From the NCBI GenBank assembly GCA_020721325.1, contig DYNA01000002.1, positions 1-64,000 on the forward strand: a stretch of DNA of 64,000 nt, given 5' to 3'. Each line of letters starts with the position of its first letter. Position 1 is the first letter of the stretch. The notes under the pieces were generated by a model, which did no database searches, was not told the origin of the DNA, and was given only the letters and a program-made list of their open reading frames with translations. The stretch is from Paludibacter propionicigenes (GTDB lineage Bacteria > Bacteroidota > Bacteroidia > Bacteroidales > JAIFNL01). Shown here piece by piece: positions 57,761 through 64,000 of the stretch. The position numbers and the translations under genes were made by a program.

Positions 57761-60754
57761 TTATAAACTCCAAACTTTTGAAGCATATTTTTGTGCAAAA
57801 ATTTCATCTTCTAAAAGTAAATTATTTAAAATATAAATCTTTGCTCTTAACAAAACACACTGATTTTTAGCTGTATAAACTAATTCTCTCAAATTATCAG
57901 TTGTGTTGTAAATACATAAAATATCACCATCGGATATATAGCTATTTTTTTCATTATCAAGCAATAATCCCGAAAATAAGATATAGAACCAACTTGCATT
58001 TTCTACACTGATATGCAACTCAGAACCATTATTTAATTCCAAAATCTGAGTTTCTTCAGCCAAACTTTGCAATTTATGATATTCGATGGTTTTAAATAAA
58101 TCTTTTGCGTGTAAATATACTAATTTATTGTATATCAATTTATTAAAATTATTTCGTAATTCATTTTTAGTAGGTAAAAGTTTTAAAAATGTAAATTTTG
58201 GAGTATTTAAAACTACAAATTCGTCGTAAAGATTTTCATTTAATACCAATAAACTTTGTGCAGCTATTTGACGCATCATCTCACTTTTATTGATTATATT
58301 AGCCTTTAAAACTGCTATAACTTCTGATGTAGGAAAATTTAAAAGGTATTTAAGAGCAGTCGTTTTTGAAAAAAAACTAATTTTGCCTACAGGCGAATTT
58401 ACAATATTAATTAAACGCTGTTTAACAGTTAAATTTGGATATGCAAAGGTTAATTTGAATATTTTGAGTAATTCACTGATACTTAGCTTGTTAAAAATCG
58501 GTAAAACAATATTCTTATGCTCTTCATCTATCACTAAATCAGCTATTTCAAGTGCAAAACTTCTATTTTCAGATGTTTCACTATCTAAATTTTGTTTAAT
58601 CAAATAAATAGCTGTAGAATCATAAATTACAGACAACAATGACATGATTTTGTTCAAAGTGAGCAATAATTCTGTTTGTAAAGCACTCAAAATCAACTCA
58701 TCATCATTCAATTCTTTCAAATCAAATAAACAAGCAGTAATGTAAACATAATTATCAATTTCTTCTTCTAACTTATTAGAAAACAATAACTTCTCACTTT
58801 TATTGGATTTATAATTCAAACTTCCCAAAGCCAAAATTATTCGTTCACTTATAATTTTATTGGGATAATTCAAATTCGTTTTAAAAAAATTCACAACTTC
58901 CTTTCCACCAATTTCTTCCAAAACCGAAATAATTTTTAATTGCAATTCGGTATTAAATTCCATTCGCCGAAAAAGTTGAATAATACTTGTAACAATCTCA
59001 TTACCAACATTTTTTATTGCTGATGCAGACGTATCGCTAAATTCACGAATAGAAAAATTGTTAATTAAAGCATAGAAAAAATCTTTATCTTTCATTTTTC
59101 CTGCTGTAATAATGGCTTCGGTGCGAACGCGAAAATTTTCGTCTGTAAGCAATTTTTTCAACAAACGTTCAACCTTATATATCTGATAATTAGAAAATTC
59201 GGCTGCTGCAAAACGGCGTTCGGTCGGTTTTTCAGATTTTGACCACAGCATTAAATCTTTAAATTTAAAATTCGATTCTACCGTTTCAAACATCTGAATA
59301 TCATGCTCTTTAACCAACTTATAGGTATGAAAAGGCAAAATAATTCGAGTTAATTTTACAATCGAAAGTTGACTTCGCGTTTTTGCATTTAAAATGTAGT
59401 GCGCTAAAATATCAAATATTTTATCCGTTTTAGTTTGTGGTTTAAAATTTTCTTTACTTTTTAAAACACTTTGCAAAATTATCTTGTACTCGGTATAAAT
59501 ATCGAAAGTAAATTTGAGCCAGATGAGAATTACAATAAATAAAAATACGGCAAAATATTCTAAATTCATGCCGGGAATTTTTACAAAAATAAATAGTAAA
59601 ATTCCAGCTACTATGCTCGCATAAGCTTTGGGACCGCTTTCTACTCTGTTCTGAAAAATAACTCTTTCATCGGCGGGTAAAGGCTGAAATAATATTTGAG
59701 ACGCAGGGTCGTTGAACGATGTGCGCACTGCACGTGTAAAAAGTCTGCCCAAAGCTACAAATGAAAAAAACAAACTTATTGTACCATAAACCACTCCTAC
59801 CATTGAAGCCAGCAAAAAGCTAAACGCCAAAACTACCGGAAAGGCTAAAAGTCCCAATTTTATTCCATATTTACTCATCATGCGCCCAGACACAAAAGCC
59901 TTGAGTATGAACTCAATAATAGAACTTACACCAAAAAAAACACTCACAAAAGTCGTTAAAGCGTCTTTGTCGGGAAATTCGATTTTCAATTGGGCTTGAA
60001 AAATAAAATCGACAAAAAACTGAGCAAAAATAGGGATAAATGCAATAAAAAAGATAAGTTTATAATATTTATTTTGAAAAAAAGATATTTTTATAGTGCT
60101 TTTTTCAACGTCTTGGGATTGATTTTTTTTAACATGAGTTTGAAGTTTATCGGCATTTTTTGAAACTAAAAACATCATGAGAATATATGCCACAATTAGA
60201 GCCAAACCCGAAATAATTAATAATTGCTCGGTACTTAAAAATTTGACTAACAGAGGAATAGAAAAAAAACTTATGATACTTGCCAAAACTTCACCTCCGG
60301 TAATCAACCCAAAAACCCTTTTAGCTTGCTGCAATTCAAACAACCGTCCCAATGTACCCCAAAAAGTAACCGCTTGTAGGTATGCAAACACCCGAATCCA
60401 AGCGTATAACAAAAAAATAGCAAACACCGAAAGTGTTAAACTATATGAAATAACTAATAAAACAACCGACAATAATAAAAATGCCATACCCATTTTAACG
60501 GTAGTATGAAACATTTTCTTTTTTTGTATAAATGAATACCACTGACCTATTAACCAAACAATTATGCCCGATGCGATGAATACCACTGAAAGCATATCGC
60601 GCGAAAAAGAACTAATAAAAATAGCTGTGGCACTCGTTACAAAAAAAGCCAGCGCAACACCCGAAAAAAAAGAATACATAAAAGGCAAGAATATTTTTTT
60701 AGAATCATCACCTTTTAAGCCAAAAATGACTTGTATTTGCTTTGTTAAATTCAA
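57761..60754 (-). CDS. NTT/TLC-like (MFS-type) transporter domain fused to HEAT-like repeats and a C-terminal cNMP-binding-like domain
   Basis: 997 aa; about 430 aa with around 12 TM helices resembling nucleotide (ATP/ADP) transporter-family proteins. Then HEAT/PBS-lyase-like repeats (ENFRVRTEAIITAGKMKD; SERIILALGSL; MRQIAAQSLLVL) and a C-terminal beta-roll-like segment (SELHISVENASWFYILFSGLL...ISDGDIL). Confidence 0.6.
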   Translation of the reverse strand: MNLTKQIQVIFGLKGDDSKKIFLPFMYSFFSGVALAFFVTSATAIFISSFSRDMLSVVFIASGIIVWLIGQWYSFIQKKKMFHTTVKMGMAFLLLSVVLLVISYSLTLSVFAIFLLYAWIRVFAYLQAVTFWGTLGRLFELQQAKRVFGLITGGEVLASIISFFSIPLLVKFLSTEQLLIISGLALIVAYILMMFLVSKNADKLQTHVKKNQSQDVEKSTIKISFFQNKYYKLIFFIAFIPIFAQFFVDFIFQAQLKIEFPDKDALTTFVSVFFGVSSIIEFILKAFVSGRMMSKYGIKLGLLAFPVVLAFSFLLASMVGVVYGTISLFFSFVALGRLFTRAVRTSFNDPASQILFQPLPADERVIFQNRVESGPKAYASIVAGILLFIFVKIPGMNLEYFAVFLFIVILIWLKFTFDIYTEYKIILQSVLKSKENFKPQTKTDKIFDILAHYILNAKTRSQLSIVKLTRIILPFHTYKLVKEHDIQMFETVESNFKFKDLMLWSKSEKPTERRFAAAEFSNYQIYKVERLLKKLLTDENFRVRTEAIITAGKMKDKDFFYALINNFSIREFSDTSASAIKNVGNEIVTSIIQLFRRMEFNTELQLKIISVLEEIGGKEVVNFFKTNLNYPNKIISERIILALGSLNYKSNKSEKLLFSNKLEEEIDNYVYITACLFDLKELNDDELILSALQTELLLTLNKIMSLLSVIYDSTAIYLIKQNLDSETSENRSFALEIADLVIDEEHKNIVLPIFNKLSISELLKIFKLTFAYPNLTVKQRLINIVNSPVGKISFFSKTTALKYLLNFPTSEVIAVLKANIINKSEMMRQIAAQSLLVLNENLYDEFVVLNTPKFTFLKLLPTKNELRNNFNKLIYNKLVYLHAKDLFKTIEYHKLQSLAEETQILELNNGSELHISVENASWFYILFSGLLLDNEKNSYISDGDILCIYNTTDNLRELVYTAKNQCVLLRAKIYILNNLLLEDEIFAQKYASKVWSL

Positions 60755-60795
60755 ATTGATAATTTTTTATTAATTTTTATTTAAAAAATAAAATT

Positions 60796-61443
60796 TTATT
60801 CTTTTTTTCCTAAATTAAAACGATAACCTAAACGAGTATAAAGCATATTCGATTGAGTATGAAAAATATCTTTTGTAAGTGCTAAATGCAAATTAAAAGC
60901 CTTATTCATTTCATAATCAACCGAAGGTCCGACAAACCAACTGCCTTCGTTAAACGATTTATCAATTTTCCAATTTCCATAAGCCAAAACTCCAACTAAT
61001 ACTTTAGAAACCACGCGATAACGAATGTATTGAACTAAATAATAATGGGTTTTCGATTTTTCATTTACACCCCAAAAATAACGTTCTTGGATGTTGATTA
61101 ATAGTTTTTTATCAAAAAAATCGATATTTTGGTCAAAACGAAATCCTGTCCAAATTTCTCCGGTTTCGTTAAATTTTGAATATGAAAATAGCTTAAAATA
61201 TTTATTTGTAATTCCCAACATTAAATCGGTTCGAGCTACTCTTCCTGAAGGAACGTATTCTTCGGGCAAATAAATAACATCAATCGGTCGCCAACGAAAC
61301 TCAAACGGAGTATTTTCAATGTTCATACGAATTTCAGGCGATAATTTTACCCACAATTCTTGCTCCGACTGCGCAAAATTGATTTTACTTCCTAAGAGAA
61401 ATAATATCAAAAAAAAGTATAATTTATTATAATTTTTTCCCAT
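60796..61443 (-). CDS. DUF2490-like putative outer-membrane beta-barrel protein
   Basis: Signal peptide, alternating hydrophobic pattern, C-terminal LGYRFNLG aromatic-rich end. Confidence 0.5.
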   Translation of the reverse strand: MGKNYNKLYFFLILFLLGSKINFAQSEQELWVKLSPEIRMNIENTPFEFRWRPIDVIYLPEEYVPSGRVARTDLMLGITNKYFKLFSYSKFNETGEIWTGFRFDQNIDFFDKKLLINIQERYFWGVNEKSKTHYYLVQYIRYRVVSKVLVGVLAYGNWKIDKSFNEGSWFVGPSVDYEMNKAFNLHLALTKDIFHTQSNMLYTRLGYRFNLGKKE

Positions 61444-61454
61444 CTCTTCTATTT

Positions 61455-62666
61455 TTATATATTTTTAAAAATCTGCAATAACTCTTCTTCAGGAAAAACC
61501 GAACGTCCCAATTGGTAAGCTTTTTCTTTTACATGAATTAATGCTTTTTGTATCTGATTATCAGTGAGTTCAACTCCTAACTCGGTGCTTACTTCTTTTA
61601 TAACACGCGAACTTGCCAGTTGAGTTACAAAAACTTTTTTACGAATACCTAATATTTCATCAGGGTCAAAAGGCTGAAAACTAAGGGTATCGACAAATGG
61701 AGTACCTGTAGAAATGGTATTAACGCCTGTTCCAACAATGGGGTCGGTAATAATTATTGGAACTCCGGTCAATTGACTTACTTTTTGAGCGATTTCGGGC
61801 AATAATTTTAAATTTGGATTCGATAAAAACAAATTTTCGCCTTCTATACCCAACCTTTTTTTGAGTAAATGCGGTTCGTGCGAAAGCAAAAACGTTAGTA
61901 ACTCCGTTTTTAATAAGCCATTTCGCTCAGCCATACCCAGCCAAGATGTTGAGGGTAAATAGATTCCATGCCGTATAGCCTCCAAATTATTTTCGAGCGC
62001 AAACCCCAAATCGTTGTGAAAATGCACCGAAAATCGTACTTTCGGGCTTGCATTTTGTTTTACAATTCGCAAAAATTCGGACGTTTCGTAAGGATAAATT
62101 TTACCTTGTGTATCGCCCATTCCTACCGTTGCAATGCCAAGTTCGTGCAATTCGGAAGCTAACTCGCCCAATAGCTGAGGATTACCATCGAAAGCAGCAG
62201 CTAACTGAATATCAATTGGCATACCGGCAGCTTTATCGAGAGCAAATTTGGCCATATTTAGAGCCGATTCTTTGGCTTCTTTGAGCGTTTTATGCAACAT
62301 TACGCTGCACAAACGTTCAGAAAATGGTGAAACAAAAGCCACTCTACCATATTTTGCATTTTTTAAAGATGCTATACTATTGGTTATTTCATCTTTTGAA
62401 CTGCGACAATTTACTGCCAAATAACAATTATCAACATTTTCTGCTAAGTCTTCAATAGCTTTAACTTCTTCTTTTCCAATAGAATAAAAACCGGCAGCAA
62501 ATACCAAATGGTCAGGTCCATTTTGATTAAATACCGAAGCATGCAACTTGGCTATTTCAATCCGTTGTTTACCACTCAAAATTGTTTTGGCTTGCGCGCC
62601 ATCTCTGGCTACCTCTTCCCAAAAAACGATTCTACGATTATCTAATGAATTTGTTATTCTATCCAT
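61455..62666 (-). CDS. HMGL-like DRE-TIM metallolyase (2-isopropylmalate/homocitrate-synthase-like), divergent
   Basis: N-terminal EEVARDGAQA (compare LRDGEQ) and HFHNDLGFALEN (compare HxHNDxG). 403 aa with no LeuA C-terminal regulatory domain. Confidence 0.7.
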   Translation of the reverse strand: MDRITNSLDNRRIVFWEEVARDGAQAKTILSGKQRIEIAKLHASVFNQNGPDHLVFAAGFYSIGKEEVKAIEDLAENVDNCYLAVNCRSSKDEITNSIASLKNAKYGRVAFVSPFSERLCSVMLHKTLKEAKESALNMAKFALDKAAGMPIDIQLAAAFDGNPQLLGELASELHELGIATVGMGDTQGKIYPYETSEFLRIVKQNASPKVRFSVHFHNDLGFALENNLEAIRHGIYLPSTSWLGMAERNGLLKTELLTFLLSHEPHLLKKRLGIEGENLFLSNPNLKLLPEIAQKVSQLTGVPIIITDPIVGTGVNTISTGTPFVDTLSFQPFDPDEILGIRKKVFVTQLASSRVIKEVSTELGVELTDNQIQKALIHVKEKAYQLGRSVFPEEELLQIFKNI

Positions 62667-62752
62667 ACAAAAAAAACTATTTTTTATATAAAAAAAACGT
62701 ATATTATTTTTTTATACAAAAAAAAATTAAACAATATTTTTTTATAAAAAAA

Positions 62753-64000
62753 TTAAAATTCGTATTTAATCGTTAAATACAAATTTCTTCCATTTTGCTT
62801 CAAACTTGAAGCCAACTCGCCTTGTACTTGGTCAAGACCGGGCGAGAAATATTCTTTATTTAAAAGATTAAAAAATGTTAATTGAAAAGAAAATCCATAA
62901 AAATTTTGTGGATTATATGTAATTGCTCCATTAAAAATAATATACGAGCCAAAAGTATCCAAATTTTGTGGAACACTTGTGTTTTCGCCCGTTATGCGCT
63001 TGCTCCTAAAATTCATACGCAAATTAAAATTCCATTTCTCTTGCCATAAATAATTAGCACCCAAATTGGCTTGATGGGTAGAAATGTCGCTGATTCTCAA
63101 TTTATTATATGGCTCGCCGGCATCGTTGGTCAAAATATTTCCTTCTGAATCTGTTGGATTGATTAAAAATGGAGCAGTCAATGTATAATTTGCATATAAA
63201 CTTAACTTATTTATCTGATAATCAGCCATTGCATTAATTCCATCGCCCCTTGCCTCACCTTTCGATTGATTTTGATTTGTAAAAGTACCATCGGCTTTTT
63301 CTACTCTAACTTCTTGAATGATATTACTATAAAGCGAGTGGTATGCTGAAATATTAAGAAAAAGCTTTTTATAAAACGTGTGAGCTATTGAAATTTCATA
63401 ATTTTTAACTTTTTCGGGAGCCAAATTCGGATTTGATAGTTCGCGTTTTCCGGCTGCGGTTGAATATTTTTCTCTGTTGGTGGCATCTTTAAATGCTTCG
63501 GCATATATCAACTTGAAAATAAAATTATTAGGTGAATATACCAAAACAAAACGTGGATTTACGGCATGTTTATATCCTTGATTTTCACGTATTTTGTTGT
63601 TATCGTATCGAATACCAACAGTTAAATTCAAATTATAAAGTAAACCGACTTTTGCCTGAGAATAAAATCCTAAATCGCGTGAAAAAATGTGATTCCCTCC
63701 CGGAATTTCGGTTAAAGGATTTCCTTCTTCTTGGGCATTGTTTTTGGTGGACATTGTATAATCGCCTTGTATTGAGCTGTATCGAATTTCAAAACCCGAA
63801 ATTAAATCCACTCTTTTGTGGGGTGTGTAAATGACTTTAAATTCATTCCTCATCTGATTTGAAATCTGAAAAAGGTACATGCTATCCCAAGTTGGAATTT
63901 TTCCATCAATCAATTTTGTTAAATCAAAATGACCGGAAGAATAATTTTTTCTATACCGAACTACATTATTATTTTTGTCAAAATCATGAACTTTAAAATT
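62753..64000 (-). CDS. TonB-dependent receptor, C-terminal beta-barrel portion (N-terminus lies beyond the window end)
   Basis: The reading frame is open to the window edge. Beta-barrel pattern and C-terminal LYLTIKYEF aromatic terminus. Confidence 0.7.
   Translation of the reverse strand, partial: NFKVHDFDKNNNVVRYRKNYSSGHFDLTKLIDGKIPTWDSMYLFQISNQMRNEFKVIYTPHKRVDLISGFEIRYSSIQGDYTMSTKNNAQEEGNPLTEIPGGNHIFSRDLGFYSQAKVGLLYNLNLTVGIRYDNNKIRENQGYKHAVNPRFVLVYSPNNFIFKLIYAEAFKDATNREKYSTAAGKRELSNPNLAPEKVKNYEISIAHTFYKKLFLNISAYHSLYSNIIQEVRVEKADGTFTNQNQSKGEARGDGINAMADYQINKLSLYANYTLTAPFLINPTDSEGNILTNDAGEPYNKLRISDISTHQANLGANYLWQEKWNFNLRMNFRSKRITGENTSVPQNLDTFGSYIIFNGAITYNPQNFYGFSFQLTFFNLLNKEYFSPGLDQVQGELASSLKQNGRNLYLTIKYEF

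Noticed and set aside
1-64000. CRISPR arrays, transposases, integrases, toxin-antitoxin or restriction-modification genes
   Set aside because: No spaced direct-repeat arrays, no transposase/integrase/recombinase motifs and no defence-gene signatures were seen in any of the listed ORFs.

Overview
Extremely AT-rich Bacteroidetes chromosomal window of about 64 kb. Lineage markers are T9SS C-terminal sorting domains, a DUF5683 gene after parB, a long-form nusB, and the nusB-DUF1573-yajC-ybbR-coaE block. Most genes are housekeeping or envelope functions: a tRNA-Arg, rny, zapA, a solitary groES, parAB, ybaB, aat, coaE, yajC, nusB, asnB and trkH. I found no transposase, integrase, CRISPR array or recognisable defence genes. 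The items worth a second look are: (i) a candidate 188-nt 6S-like RNA between zapA and rny; (ii) a roughly 125-nt noncoding element present in two copies, upstream of a cold-shock gene and upstream of ybaB, each with a closing stem; (iii) a perfect 15-bp inverted-repeat pair upstream of the cold-shock gene; (iv) a PatA/PatB/Ape1-like peptidoglycan O-acetylation gene set (MBOAT plus two SGNH proteins) directly behind tandem MltD-like lytic transglycosylases; (v) a co-directional pair made of an NTT/TLC-like transporter fused to HEAT-like repeats and a cNMP-binding-like domain, followed by a beta-propeller PP2C/SpoIIE phosphatase; (vi) a sensor-HAMP protein with no output domain 13 bp upstream of a TrkH that has no TrkA partner; (vii) a GntR regulator, G3P dehydrogenase, AGPS-like FAD oxidase and FGGY kinase operon; (viii) an orphan groES next to a thioredoxin-fold/glutaredoxin-like fusion protein. 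All protein calls are from motif recognition in the supplied translations. No database searches were run.
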